Shown here: positions 25,401-40,400 of the stretch, piece after piece | Layout: each line of letters starts with the position of its first letter | Position numbering within the stretch: the first letter of the stretch is position 1 | Assembly (NCBI RefSeq): GCF_004010195.1 | Contig: NC_057750.1 | Coordinates: 10,415,478 to 10,479,477 of the forward strand | Source: Chiloscyllium plagiosum | Taxonomy: Eukaryota | Length of the DNA stretch: 64,000 nucleotides | Direction of reading: 5' to 3' | Notes under the pieces: model-generated | Seen by the model: the letters and a program-made list of their open reading frames with translations, nothing else | What the model was told of the DNA's origin: nothing | Databases searched by the model: none | Made by a program: the position numbers and the translations under genes

Positions 25401-28400
25401 AATGTCTGAGAGTGACAGAGACAGGGAGGTGTGGGTCTGGAATGGGTGATGGAGATAGGAAAGAGCTTGAAGTCAGGGAGAGATTTGGAAACAAGGATGC
25501 AAAGTTTAAATTTAAAATGGAGCTGATCCAGTACCTAATGCAGGTTAGCAGAAGTGAGGGTGATGAGGGATACAGATTTGGTTTAAGTAAAGACACAGAG
25601 ATTTGTTAAGGTGAAGTTAACGGATCATGAAGAATTGGAGCTTGACCAGGATAATGTGATGAAAGCTGAGGTTTGTCATAAAGCATAAAGGATTACTTCA
25701 CCTTCATGTACAGTCTGATATAACTAGTGACTTTCCTTAGAATTCAGTTCCTTAGGCACTAACTGAAGTTGGAATTTAGTGCTTGATGGGGAACGTATAG
25801 AAGGTATTTTACCCTGTACTGGGAGTGTTTGATAAGGACAGTGTAGTGGAAGCTTTACTCTATATTTAACCATGTGTTGACCTATCCTGGTAGTGTTGGA
25901 AAGGGACAATGTCAATGAGCTATACTTTCAGTTTAAAAGAGGAGGAAGCGTTACGCTGTATCTAACCCCATGCTGTCTCAGCCTGAGAACGTATTTACCT
26001 GATTGGTCTACTGCCTTCGAGTTCTGTGATTTGGGATGATCTGATTGGTCGAAGGCACTGGGTTGCCATGGTGACTGCCAATTGTCTGCCTGCGTCTCCT
26101 CATCTGTCACTTCCTGAGTTTCATTCGCACTTGGCACTGTGACCGGGGTGAGTGAGTGTTGGCAAACAATGGCATCATCTGTGTAAACGCAGCAGTCACA
26201 TCCTCTGGGCAACATGGCTTCTACTCTGCCCACTCCCACAGGCTCCAGCCCGTCTCTCGAGCTGACTGTTTCGACTGTGTCTGTCAAACTCTCTGTTGAT
26301 CCTGTCGCCATCTTGTCTTCTGCTGCTCCCATCACTTCCAGCTCAACCGCCATACCCTCAGCTTCTGTAAATGAGAAACAGGGATTGTTATTAATGTTCT
26401 TACGCCCTGTGTGACTGTAGCCTTGTCCAGCTTCCAGGACAGGCCACAGGATGTATATACAAGCAAGCTCATGGTGCTGCTCTGAGTGAGTGTTGAATAA
26501 GCAAACCTGAGGGAGGGAGGGAGGGAGTGCACCTGACTGAGACACACTTGTGTTTGTAATTATGATCATATCACACCAAGAGCCATCAAAGGGAGCTCAC
26601 CAGGGATTTACCTGAGTGAATGATCCTGCAAATGCCAAGGGAAGTGGGAGAGTGAATTCTGAAAAAAAAAAATTCTTGTGAGGCTGTAGATGTCACTGGC
26701 TAGGTCAGCATTCATTGCCCATCCTTAGTTACCCAGAGGGCAGTTAAGAGTCAACCACATTGTTGTGGTCCCAGATTCACATGTGGGCCAGACCAGGTAA
26801 GGATGGCAGATTTCCTTCCCTAAAGGACATTAGTGAACTGGATGAGATTTTATAAGAATGGCTAGATATTGCTATTGGGTGAGTTTTTAATTCCAGATTT
26901 CACCTGCCATGGAGAGATTCATAGAAACATAGAAAATAGGGGCAGGAGTAGACCATTCGGTCCTTTGAGCCTGCTGAACCATAAAATCTGATCCTGCTCC
27001 TGCTTTCTCCCCATAATCTTTGATCCCTTTAGCTCCAAGAACTATATCTAGCTCCTTCTCAAAGCATTCAATATTTTGGCCTCAACTGCTTTCTGTGGCA
27101 GAGAATTGCACAGGCTCCCCCACTCTCTGGGTGAAGACATTTCTCCTCACCTCAGTCCTAAATGCCCATCCCTTATCCTTAGACTGTGACCAGTGGATCA
27201 GGACCTCTCAGTCATTGGAAACACCCTTCCTGCATTTATCCTGTCCAGTCCTGTTAGAATTTTTATAGGTTTCTATGAGATTCCCTCCTCATCTTTCTAA
27301 ACACAAGTGAATATAGTCCTAACTGAACCAGTCTTTCTTTCGTTTTGCTATCCCAAGTTTCAGTCTGATAAAACTTTGTTACACAACTCTATAGCTAGAA
27401 TGTCCTTCCTCAGATGAAGAGACCAAAACTGCATACAATATTCCAATACTGAACAATTCAAACGAATGTCCCCTAAAAATTAGCACGGAGTTCTGGATTA
27501 CAAGTCCAGTGACATTCCCATTATTGGACTTAGAAATGGATGTAAAACAGCCTGGTCTGCATTATTCAGTTATTATGGTATATTCAATGCTAGCGATATC
27601 AGTGGAACAGGAGGCGTGATGGACACCGTAGGTGATGCAAAAACAGAAATTGCTGGAAAAGTTCAGCAGGTCTGGCAGCATCTGTGAAGAGAAATCAGAG
27701 TTAATGTTTTGGATCCAGTGACCCTTCCTCAGGCCTGAGTGACCCCATGTGATCCTCATTGTTTTGCTCTCCTACTCATGTCTCATTATACCCCTAGTCT
27801 ACTCATTCTGGCTGTCTAATTACTGTATTTACTGGTCTTGGAGGTAAGGGTGGAGAATGGACTTACTGACACCTCAGTGGGCTGTGAGAGGTGATAAGGA
27901 ACTCAGGACCATTGGATTGAAGCTGGGGGAGGCGTGCAAAATCAGCCACAATTTCCTGCCTCTATTCAACAGCCACTGATCCCCATTGACAAGGGACCAT
28001 TGTGGGGAGAAGAGGGGATTTGTGGGATCCATGAGGCATTGAAACCTGGCTGGGCCCCTCCCTTCAACTAACCACTGCCTGCTGTCCCAGCGCCTCTGAC
28101 CCTCTCCCTTGCTCCTCACGTTGTGACAGAGCCAGGACAGAAAGCCAAGTGAGCACAATTATCCAGCAGCCATCCTACTGCGTTCCCTGTACTAGAGGCT
28201 ATGGAATACCCACTTGACCAACTTCCACAGCAATAGAGAAATTCCTTACTGAGTATGGAAATGATGTTGCTTTAAGTCCACTATTCTGAATCGATCCCAG
28301 GACAGGTACACCACAGAGTTTGTTTGATGGGGACAGTATAGAGACAGCTTTACTTTCTGTTTAAGAGAGTACAGGATGCTTTATTCTGTATCCAACTCTA

Positions 28401-31400
28401 AGTTGTATCTGTCCTGGGCGTATTTGATGGCTGCAGTGTAGAGTCAGGTTTACTTCCAGTTTTAAAGAGTATAAGGGCTTTACTCTGTACCTAACCCTGT
28501 GTTGTACCTGTCCTGGGAGTGTTTGATAGGGATGGTGTAAAGGTAACTTTGCTTTCCATTTAAAAGAGTAGAGACAGCTTTACTCTGTACCTAACTCCGT
28601 GCTGTCCCTGTCATGGGAGTATTTGATGGGGGATAGTGTAGAGGGAGCTTTACTCTGTATCTAACCCTGTGCTGTCCCGTCCTGGGAGTGTTTGATGGGG
28701 GATAGTGTAGAAGGAGCTTTACTCTGTATCTAATCCCTTGCTGAACCTGTCCTGGGAGTGTTTGATGGAGGACAGTATAGAGGGAGGTTCACTCTGTATC
28801 TAACCCTGTGCTGTCCTTGTCCTGGAAATGAGTTTACCTGATTGGTTTATTACAGCCAAGCCATGTGATTTGAGACGATCTCTTTAGATCAAGGCATTGA
28901 CTTCCATCAAGAGCTGTTGTGAACTGTGGAATAGCTCAGTTTTGATTCTGTCAGGAGCTGAATAATCTGACTCTGCATGAATACACAAAACAAGCCCAAT
29001 ATGTTGTGTCCAATCAAATGCTGAATTTTAGAAGCCTGTGACTATCTCAGATACAAAGGAACCTCGATTATCCAGCATTCGATTAACCAAATTTCGGATT
29101 ATCCGAACAAGATTGCTAGGTCCCGATGCACGGCTAACTATGTTACCCGGCATTGATTGTCCGGAATTCAATGAACCACACGAAATACTCCCCACCCGTA
29201 TCCTTTGGATAACCGAGGTTCCTCACCCACACCCATCCCCCCAACCCTCCTTCCCCGGAATATGTGTTTATGGCTATCTTTCCCACACCCAGTGTAACTT
29301 GCTGAGGTTTGCAATGAGCCATTGGCCAGACCTACCTGTGAAAGGCTGCGCAGAGGAGTCTGAAGGTGCTCCCTCTTCCTCAGTCATCGACTCCACATCA
29401 GGGTTGCTACTCAGTAGCGCCTCCTGTCGCCGAGTGGGCTCGGTCTGGTCAGAGTAAAGGTCCTCTGTCCACGTTCCACTGTCAGTCTCCACCTCCACAG
29501 TCTGTGCTTCAAATACCTCTGCGTCCTTCTGGCTTCCGGAATCTTCCGTCCGGAGAAACCCAAGCTCTGGGCTGCCCTCCGATCGACCCTCTTCCGTTTC
29601 GAGTCTCGATTCCGACGCTGTGCTCTCCTCAGGAGCTCGGTGGATTGGGATGCTTTCCAAAGCTAGGATCACTGAGCTAGATTGCAAGAGATGTCCATCA
29701 GTGCTGTCCGGGAGCTGAGGCATTGTCCCCTGTTCCACACGGTGCCAATGTCCTCCGGCCACTTCAACATGAACGTGATAGCCCTCCAGCTCATCCTCTT
29801 CCTCCGCTAGAAAGGTCTCGATCGTCTCAGTGTGGACCATCCCCCTCGGCACTGGACATTTCTCTTTTGTTGTCTGGGCTGCGTCGCACTTTGAGGGTCT
29901 CTTCCTTCCAGGGCTATGCGTGGCCTCCCCCAAGCCCCTCACTGGCAGCTCTGGGGAGCCGCTGCCTGGGAAACCCCCTGGAAAGCAGGATGGCTGCTGG
30001 CCCAGGGGAGTTCCGCAGGACAGCATGGACTCCAGGGACATCTGCCGGGGTGTCCCCCAGTACAGGGAGCTGTCGGTCAGCAGATCGTCATCGGAATGCT
30101 CCTGCGCGGTCTGTGGTTCCAAGAAATCCTCACTGGCACCTGGGCAGGTCGGAAAGCAGGGAAAACCCCTGAGTATTCCACTAGGACACAGAGCAGAGGG
30201 AACATGCGGCCAGCCAAGACAAGCGCGGCAGATAGATCGATTCACCTGCCCACCATCTCCCTATTCAGCAATCCCACCAACCCACCTCCTTCCCAATCCA
30301 TCTCAGAGAACAAGGGGACCACTTGCACAATCCCCTCCAAGCCACTCACCATCCTGACTTGGAAATACATTGCCGTTCCTCCAGTTTCGCTGGGTCCAAA
30401 TCCCGGAACACCCTCCCTGGCAGCACTGTGGGTGCCCTGTAACCACAGGAACAGCAGTGGCTCACCCCCATGTTGTCGGGGCAATTCGAGAAGGGCAATC
30501 CATGTTGCATAGGAAACCTGCCTGGTCACTGCCTGTCCATTTACACCACACTCACTTTGGCTCTTTAATCATCAAACTAACCATGGCAATGTAGCGTCTC
30601 ATCCCAATGTAGCGTTCTCAAATCCAACAGCCCCATCCTACAAAATCTTCAAGATCCATCTTTAGATTAGCTGTTATAAGTTATCATTATCAGGATCGCC
30701 ATGTCAATGGGCCATGCCGGGTTTGTGGGCGGAATACGGATATTTGTGATAACAGCACAGGAGAAGCACCTGCTCACTGTATCTTTCAGTCCCACCTGCC
30801 CACCCCGTGTTCCCCCAAAAATCATCATCTTGCGGTATTCTCCACTCTCCCTTGCTGACTCACTCCAGGCGAAAGTGAGGACTGCAGATGCTGGAGATCA
30901 GAATCTAGATTAGAGTGGTGCTGGAAATATATCAGGAATAGTGAAGGGCTTTTGCCCGAAACGTCGATTTTCCTGCTCCTCGGATGCTGCCTGACCTGCT
31001 GTGCTTTTCCAGCACCACTCTGATCTAAACCCCGTATCACTCCATCCCATCCAACTGTAGCTTCTTCCTTCCATTTCCAAATGCTGCCTAATCACCACCG
31101 AATGCAACAGTTGTGTTCCTCTGCAACCCTGTGCTATAGAAAATCCCACTGTGGAATACCGCTACGGAAAGTCCCACTGTGGAAGATCGCTAATGGAAAA
31201 CCGTTTGGTGGAAAGTTTGTGTTATCCAAACAACATCCACAATTCGTCAATCGCATCGTGGCCAATTCATGCTGATGAAACATGCGTTATAGCAGAATGA
31301 CTGTAGGCCATTCAGCCTGTCTCGCCTACTTCTCCATTCAATTCGATGACAGCTGAACAGAACGTGACAGTTGTGGAAAAGAACAAAGATCGATTTCATT

Positions 31401-34400
31401 GGGGGGGGGTTCTCAATGAGAGAGGGTTAGTTTTAGTGATCTGGCCTGGATCAAGTGGACAGTAAGGTCAGCAGGTAGAAAGCAGCCAATAAATTTGATT
31501 GGATGTTCGATGTAGAACTGTTTGGTGCCAACCGCATGGGGTTCAATCCCTGTTCTGATTCGAGGATGAGCATTTCATTAAATGGGCAATGGGAGGCTTT
31601 CAGAGAGGAGGCAGTCCAGACATCAATGAGATACATTCCGAACTTTGGACAAGGGAAGGCTGGAGCTTCCTGGATGAGACATATTAAAATGCTACAGAAA
31701 ATGGAAGCTCAAGATGAATATCAGATTCCTAATACTGTAGAGAATTGAGCAGCATGGGATGTGGGTGTTGTTGGCCCAGAAGGCAGTTAATTGTCAACCA
31801 CATCATTGTGGATTTGGAGTCACATGTCAACTAACCCAGGTAAAGATGGTAGATTTACTTCCCTAAAGAATATTAGCCAACCAGATGGATTTTAACAACA
31901 ATTGACAGTAGTTACATGGTCATTATTAGACTAGCTTTTCAATTTAAAATGCCCCTCTTATGGTGGGATTTGAACCCTGTTCTCTGGGGATAATTAACCC
32001 ATTGACATTGCTACTGCACCATTTCCTCTCCAAGCATGGAGCTGCAAATGAGAATTAACAAAAAGAAAGAAAAAAGACGAAAGACAAGGCATTAGAACAG
32101 ACTAACAGCAAATATTAAAGCATGTGCTAATTCCTCAGTTCTGACCCACACACTGCATGCTCCAAGGATGCAGTTCTCAATTTATAATGGGGATCAAACT
32201 CCATGCTGTTGGCATCAAACAGATCCACACTGAACATCCAATTGGATTCCTCAAGGTATCTGGGTTCTCTTTTACATGTGTGCGGTCTTCAGGAGCTATG
32301 AATAGTGATGGTGGGGGCACCAGTGTCCTTTCCATCACATGGTGAGCAGTAATCACTCCCATTGTTACCCCATGTTGCCATTGCTGCGTTTTGGAAAGAT
32401 TTACACATCGATAATCGATCTGTTTGAACACATTGCGAACCTTCCTCCCCTGGACATCAAGTGTTGGAGTGGGACTTAAACCCAGAGCTTCAGACTCGGG
32501 GGGCAGGGATGTCTCAAGCCCTCCCTTCAAGAATGTTATAAACATACAAATAATAAAATGGTCGTCAAAAGAGGAGTGGGGTCAATTAAGGACCTCAAAG
32601 ACAGAGGGCTGTGGTACTGAATGAGTACTTTGCACCTGTCTTTATGAAAATATGGGGATGCTACCAATGTTACAGTGAAGGAGGAGGTCGCAGAGAAATT
32701 GGAAAGAAGAAGAGTAGATAATAAGGATGTAATTCAACAACTGACAGAGCTCCAAGTGGGAAAGTCACTAGGTCCAGGTGGAATAAGTCACCAGGTTGCT
32801 GAAGAAAGCAGAGGTGGAAATTGTAGAGGCTGTAGTCACGACTTCGTAATCCTTCCGGGAGATGGGGTCGGAGAGGCCCAGTTATGACAGCTAATCAGTT
32901 TAATATCGGGGTGGGAAAAACTTTAGGGGCAAAAATCTGAGACACAAATCTATTTCCCTACATTCTATATCTTCCATGTACTTTTCCATCAGTATTTACT
33001 GTGGAAAAGGATATAGAAGATATAGAATGTAGGGAAATAGATGGTGACATCTTGAAAAATGTCCATATTACAGAGGAGGAAGTGCTGGATGTCTTGAGAC
33101 GCATAAAAGTTAATAAATCCTCAGGGCCTGATCAGGTGTACGCCAGAGCTCTGTGGAAATTTAGGGAAGTGATTGTTGGGCATCTTACGGAGATATTTGG
33201 ATCATTGAGAGTCATAGGTGAGGTGTCGGAAGACTGGAGGTTGGCTAACGTGGTGCCACTGTTTAAGAAAGGTGGTAAGGACAAGCCAGGGAACTATAGA
33301 CCAGTGAGCCTGTCGTCGGTGGTGGGCAAGTTGTTGGAGGGAATCCTGAGGGACAGGGTGTACATGTATTTGGAAAGGCAAGGACTGATTAGGGATAGTC
33401 AACATGGCTTTGTGCGTGGGAAATCATGTCTCACAAACTTGATTGAGCTTTTTGAAGAAGTAACAAAGAGGATTGATGAGGGCAGAGCGGTAAATGTGGT
33501 CTATATGGACTTCAGTAAGGTGTTCGACAATGTTCCCCATAGAAGACTAGTTAGCAAGGTTAGGTCTCATGGAATACAGGAGAAAGTGAGGTCTGCAGAT
33601 GCTGGAGATGCTGCTCATCCTATCTACGACACTCCCTAGGACCTTACCATTAAGCGTATAGGTCCTGCTAAGATTTGCTTTCCCAAAATGCAGCACCTCA
33701 CATTTATCTAGATTTTCAGCTCACGACATTTTCAGCTCACGGAATACAGGGAGAACTAGCCATTTGGATACAGAACTGGCTCAAAGGTAGAAGACAGAGG
33801 GTAGTGGTGGAGGGTTGTTTTTCAGATTGGGGGCCTGTGACCAGTGGAGTGCCACAAGGATCGATGCTGGGTCCACTACTTTTCATCATTTATATAAATG
33901 ATTTGGATGAGAGCATAAGAGGTATAGTTAGCAAGTTTGCTAATGACACCAGAATTGGAGGTGTAAATTGGAGGCAGGAAACATGTTTCCGCTGATGGGT
34001 GAGTTCCAAACCAGAGGACACAGCTTAAAAATAAGGGGTAGGCCATTTAGGACAGAGATGAGGAGAAACTTCTTCACCCAGAGAGTGGTGGGTGTGTGGA
34101 ATGCTCTGCCCCAGAAGGCAATGGAGGCCCAGTCTCTGGATTTGTTTAAGAAATAGTTGGATAGAGCTCTCAAGGATAGTGGAATCAAGGGTTATGGAGA
34201 TAAGACAGGAACAGGATACTGATTNNNNNNNNNNNNNNNNNNNNNNNNNNNNNNNNNNNNNNNNNNNNNNNNNNNNNNNNNNNNNNNNNNNNNNNNNNNN
34301 NNNNNNNNNNNNNNNNNNNNNNNNNNNNNNNNNNNNNNNNNNNNNNNNNNNNNNNNNNNNNNNNNNNNNNNNNNNNNNNNNNNNNNNNNNNNNNNNNNNN

Positions 34401-37400
34401 NNNNNNNNNNNNNNNNNNNNNNNNNNNNNNNNNNNNNNNNNNNNNNNNNNNNNNNNNNNNNNNNNNNNNNNNNNNNNNNNNNNNNNNNNNNNNNNNNNNN
34501 NNNNNNNNNNNNNNNNNNNNNNNNNNNNNNNNNNNNNNNNNNNNNNNNNNNNNNNNNNNNNNNNNNNNNNNNNNNNNNNNNNNNNNNNNNNNNNNNNNNN
34601 NNNNNNNNNNNNNNNNNNNNNNNNNNNNNNNNNNNNNNNNNNNNNNNNNNNNNNNNNNNNNNNNNNNNNNNNNNNNNNNNNNNNNNNNNNNNNNNNNNNN
34701 NNNNNNNNNNNNNNNNNNNNNGCTGAGGGGTGACCTTATAGAGGTTTATAAAATCATGAGCAGCATGGATAGTATAAATAGACAAAGTCTTTTCCCTGGG
34801 GTGGGAGAGTCCAGAACTGGAGGGCATAGGTTTAGGGTGAGAGGGGAAAGATATAAAAGAGACCTACTGGGCAACATTTTCACACAGAAGGTGGTACGAG
34901 TATGGAATGAGCTGCCAGGGAAAGTGGTGGAGGCTGGTACAATTGCAACATTTAAAAGGCATTTGGATGGGTATATGAATAGGAAGGGTTTGGAGGGATA
35001 TGGACCGGATGCTGGCAGGTGGGACTAGATTGGTTTGGGATATCTGGTCAGCATGGACGGGTTGGACCGAAGGGTCTGTTTCCATGCTGTACATCTCTAT
35101 GACTCTATAATTGAAGTCATTTGGAGAAAAAAACATGCGTTAAAAATTGAGGCCCGGGCAGATTTGTTAAGTCTTGACTGGACTCTGATGAAATAATTCA
35201 GAGATGTTTGACGAGGGTAATGTGATTGCATGCATGTGGACCCTCAAAAAGATGTTTAATAAATTCAGCATAATAGACTTTTTTAAAAAAAAAATCACAT
35301 GTTGATGACACTTTAAACCTATTACACTCAATGCAGTACATGTTCACAGAAATCAAGCCCTACTTTAATCCCAGGATTTGATTCTGATGAAACCTCTGGG
35401 AACGAAAAATGAAACACAATCTCATTGAAGCATTTTATTGGGTTGGACAGGGTAGGTTCAGGTAAAATGTTTACCCCTGGGCTGGGGATGTCAGGAACCA
35501 GGGGCACTATTAGGGGTAAAACATTCAGGATTGAGATGAGGTGGAATGTCTTCACTCCAAGGAAGGTGAATCTTTGAGATCCTTGACTCCAATGGCCTGT
35601 TGAGGCTCAGTCATGGAGGTGTTTAAGCAAGATGTTTCCAGACGTGAAGGATATCAAGGGTGTGGGGAGAATGCAGCAAAACGGTTTTGAAATAGATGAT
35701 CAGCCATGATTTTATTGAATGGTGACAGGTAGCAGGCTCACAGGGCTGAATGGCCTATTTCTGCTTTCTGTATTATCAGAACCTTAACTTGGAGCCACCT
35801 GCCATCTCCCCGTAATCCCCCAAATCCGGCTTCTTCCCACGTCCTGCAGAAACCAGTCTGCTTCTCCCATGATTTTCCAACTCAAAGTAAAAGATCAGAC
35901 AAACCAGTTGCTGAGAAGCACCAGGAAATAGGCATGGAAAGGGTTAAGGAACGTGGCTTACCTTCAGTAGAGGACGGGGTGGAATCTGGAGTGGTGGAAA
36001 CAGTCGAGGCCGATTCCTCTAATGGAGAGAGCAGGGTACAATCACGTGAAATCAGCAGACAGCCCCCCATTGCCAAATGGCACAGAGCACCTTGCAAGTT
36101 AAATATCCTCCTTCATCTGAACTGTACCCAGCATCCAAATACACAACTCCAGGGACAGTCTGAAACTGGTGATCAGCAGGACAAAACTCAGATCCCCTTA
36201 TGATAGATGTGTGTGTGTGTGTGTATGAACATGTGTATGCATGCATGAGTTTGTGTTACAGCTTGTACTTTTTTTTCAATTATTTCATAGAATCCCTACT
36301 GTGTGGAAGCAGGCCATATAGCCCATCAAGTCCACACTGACCTTCCAAAGAGAATCCCACCAGACCCACTCCCCCCACCACTACACTATTCCTGTAACCC
36401 TACGTTTCCCAAGGCTAATCCACCTGGCCTACGCATTCCTGGACACTAAGAACAATTTAGCATGACCAACCCACGCATCTTTAGACTGTGGGAGGAAACC
36501 AGATCACCCAGAGGAAATCTACACAGACACAGGGAGAATGTGCAAACTCCACACAGACAGTCACCTGAGGGTGGAATTGAATCTGGGTCCCTGGCGCTGT
36601 GAGGCAGCAGTGCTAACCATTGAGCCACTGTGGTTCCCCCAAACTCACATAGACTAATGTACGTGCACTGTAATATGCACACTCGCGTGTGCACACTAAT
36701 GTTTACGTTTAATAACTGAAACATAAGGAAGAGGTTGGAATGATGTTAATGTCACTGGGCTAGTGCTGTGAGGAGATGGGTTTGAATGAGTGTGGGTCAG
36801 GTTGGGATGTTCCACAAAAGGGTCGGTGAGGACTCGATGGGTCGAATGGTCTGTATCCCCATTGTAGGGATTCTATGATTTATGATGATTGTTGATGTGT
36901 GTGAGATTGATTATGTGCATGTTAGTTTGTGCCTGAGATTTAGTGTTTCTGGTAGAGACACTTTGGCTGGATTTTTCCCTTGAAGACAGGGTTTTGAGAT
37001 AGAGGGAGGTGATGTCCTGAGTATCATGGAAAAGAAAGACCCTGTGTTAGGAGAACTCCTTGAGGCATCCTAACAGTGGGAAATTTCTCATGAATAAGCA
37101 AGGAACCGGATCAGCTGCCCACACGACTGAGTTGGACAGCCAATGATGGTTAATGACCCATTTAGCGGGCATTTTGCAGTCTCTGTGACATTGGGTCATT
37201 GGTGGAAAGGGCCCTATACCATGTGGCCATGTCACTAGAGGCAATCTCTGGTACGCTGTGGTTTGGGGGGTAGGTCCATTGGAGCTGAAAGCATCATGTC
37301 CCAAGATGGGGCAATGGGAACGCAGAGGCCCCAGTGAACACTCTGGTGGGGAGTCCCCTCCAATGGTCCTTTCTGTCTTCATGAGATGCAACATTTTAAA

Positions 37401-40400
37401 CCCTACCATACTCTCCTGCCATCACCCCTCACTCCCATTGTCAGGGTCGTAAGGCTGTGGTAAAGTCCACTCGACAGTGTGGCAGCCTGTGTGTGAGTTA
37501 CCACTACATCTCTGTCTTTCCCAGCTCTGCACAAACTCAATTGACCCCTCTGTTCTTTCAGAACTGCTGGCCTGACATTCCATGCTGCTTTTGCCCGAAA
37601 CGTCGATTTTCCTGCTCCTCGGATGCTGCCTGAGCTGCTGTGCTTTTTTCCAGCACCACTCTAATCTTGACTCTGATCTCCAGCATTCTGCAGTCTTCAC
37701 TTTCGCCTATTCCATGCTGGGTGAACAGAAATAGTGTCCGACAAAATACTGGGAAGATATTCTCTTTGTACCCCCACCGCAAAGATCCATCCCCAGTTCT
37801 ATTCCTCTCCCTATTGGGCTGAGATCAAAGCAGACTGTTTGCTACTTTGGTGCCTCAAGTGAGTTTCCAAACACACATCTGCACTATTTCCGAGATCACC
37901 TTTCTCCACCTCTGTCCCTGCCTCAGCTGATCTGCTGTTGAATCTTGATCCATTCCTTTGCTCCTTCTAGACCATTCCAGCACATCTCCCACTGTCCATT
38001 GTCTTGAGTTCATCGACAACTCTGCTACTCATATTTTACTTCACACTGTTCCATTCTCCCATCAGTCACTGGTTGATGACAGCTTGACCAATATCTCCAT
38101 TTTAAAATTGTTGTCCACTTCGTCAAATCCCTTGTCCATCTACATTGTTGTGATCTCCTCCAACCTTGCAAAGCTCCAAGATTTCTGCACACCTCCAATT
38201 CTGGCCTCTTGCACTCCCAGATTTCAAAAGCTCTCCCCACATCTCAATTAAGTGGAAACTGACATTTATGTCACTTAAGTGTCAAGCAATGATAATCTCC
38301 AGCAAAGGTTAGCCTAACCACTTCCTCCGGTGTTCAATGGTGTTACCATCAGCGAACCCCTTGTTATTCACATCCTGGAGGTCAGGCACCAACCAGAAAC
38401 TGAACTGGGCCAACCAATTCAATAATATGTTTGAGAAAGCAGGTCAGAGGCTGGGAATTCTGCACTGAGTAACAACTCCTGGACCCACGCCCTAAAGTCA
38501 GTCCACCGTTTACAAGGCATAAGTCAGGAGTGTGATGGAGTACTCTTCAGTTGCCTGGATGAATGCAGCTCTAACAACACTCAAGAAGCTCTATACCATC
38601 CAGGGAAAAACAGCCCACTTGATTGGCATCCCATTCACTGTCCTAAACCTCTGGTTTGGAATGGTGTCCTTAACAGGGAGAGTGGAATTCCCTACCTGAG
38701 AAGGCTCAGTCATTAAGAATATCTGAGACAGAAAGCAAAGGATTTCTGAATGCCAATAACAGCAAGGGAGATGGGGGTTACTGGGGAGATAGCTTAGAGG
38801 TGGATGATTGGTTATGATCTGTTTGAATTGAGAAATAGGTTCGATGGGCTGATTGGTCTAGTCTTGCTCCTGTGCTGCACACAAATGCTCATCGGTCCTT
38901 ATAAAAGTGGATTAGCAAAATGATTAGATTACAAAACAAGTTCAGAAGAAGTTTGACGTATAGTTAAGATAAAAAATCTGATAAGAAACTAAGCGTGTTG
39001 AAAAATGAGCAAATGTACAAGAGAAACTCCATTTGGACAAATGGGCAGGTCATGAGAAGAACTGAACATAGTGAATTGTCTGGAAGGAATAAACCAATCA
39101 AATAACAAAAAATAATTTCAGGATAAGGTAGTCACCATTCTAGAAACCTGAGCTGTGGTTAAGTGGGAAATAATGTTGAGAAAATGTGAACATCACAAGA
39201 TAGGCTCCATGAGGTTAACATGAAGGTCCCACCTTTTCGATCTCTCCCCTCACCTCGGGCAAGGTGACCCTCAGGTTAAACCATCACTGGTTGTCTCTCT
39301 CTAATGAGAGAGAGCAGCCCTCTATTCCTCTAGCACCATAATGACTTTACCTTTCACATCGCTATAAGAGTGTTGATAAAAGGCACTTTCCAACAGCTAG
39401 AAGAAGAGAATCTTGCATTTGTATGGTACCTTTCAGGATGTCTCAAAGTGCTTCAAAGCAATTGGTCATGTATGTTAATTTGGAAATCTGGCGTCCAATT
39501 TGTGTGCAGGAAGCTCCCCCAAACTGCAATATAATGAGCGGCTGTTCATTGAGAGGCAAATGTTGGGCAGAACACTGGAGAGAACTGCCCCAGTGTTCTT
39601 CAAAATCATTCCAGGGAGTATTACACATCCACCTCAGAGGGCACCAAGACTTGATTTGGCAGCTCGACTAAGAGACAATGGTGGCACAATGGTGATATGA
39701 GGTAAGCTAGGTGAGCCACAGTCTTAGAGATGTACAGCACATCTCTAATCTTGACTCTGATCTCCAGCATCTGCAGTTCTCACGTTCACCTATTCCATGC
39801 TGGGTGAGCAGAAATACTGTCCAACAAAATACTGGGAGGACCCTTCGGTCCAACTTGTCCATGCTGGGCCAGCATTTATTATCCATCCCTAGTTACTTTT
39901 GAGAAGATGTTGGTGAGTTGCCTTCTTTGACTGCCTGTTCTTGTCTCCCTTTTATAGGAAAGATATTATTAAGATGAAGAGGTTTCAGAAGAGATTTACC
40001 AGGATGTTGACTGGAATGGAGCGTTTGAGTTCTAAGAAGAGTTTTGTTAGGGTGGGATTTTTTTCACTGGAGTGAAGGAGGTTGAGAAGTGACCTTATAA
40101 AGGCTTATAAAGTAATGAAGGGTAGAGATAAGGTGAATGTCAGGCGTTATTTTCCTAGCGTGGGAGACTTCAAGGCAAGGGGGCATATTTTTAAGGTAAG
40201 AGGAGAAAGATTTAAAAAAGGAACGAAGGCAACATTTTTACATATTTGTGTTTAGATTAAATGTCCAAAGGAAGTAATAGAAGCAGGTACAGTTATAACA
40301 TTTAAAAGACATTTGAAAAAGTACATAAATAGGTAATGTTTGGAGGGATATGGACCAAACGCAGACAGTTGGGATGAGTTTAGTTTGGGATTATGGTCAG

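Noticed and set aside
29366..30594. Several plus-strand ORFs of up to 198 aa
   Set aside because: Antisense shadows of the GC-rich RTN2 exon 3, with no recognisable motifs.
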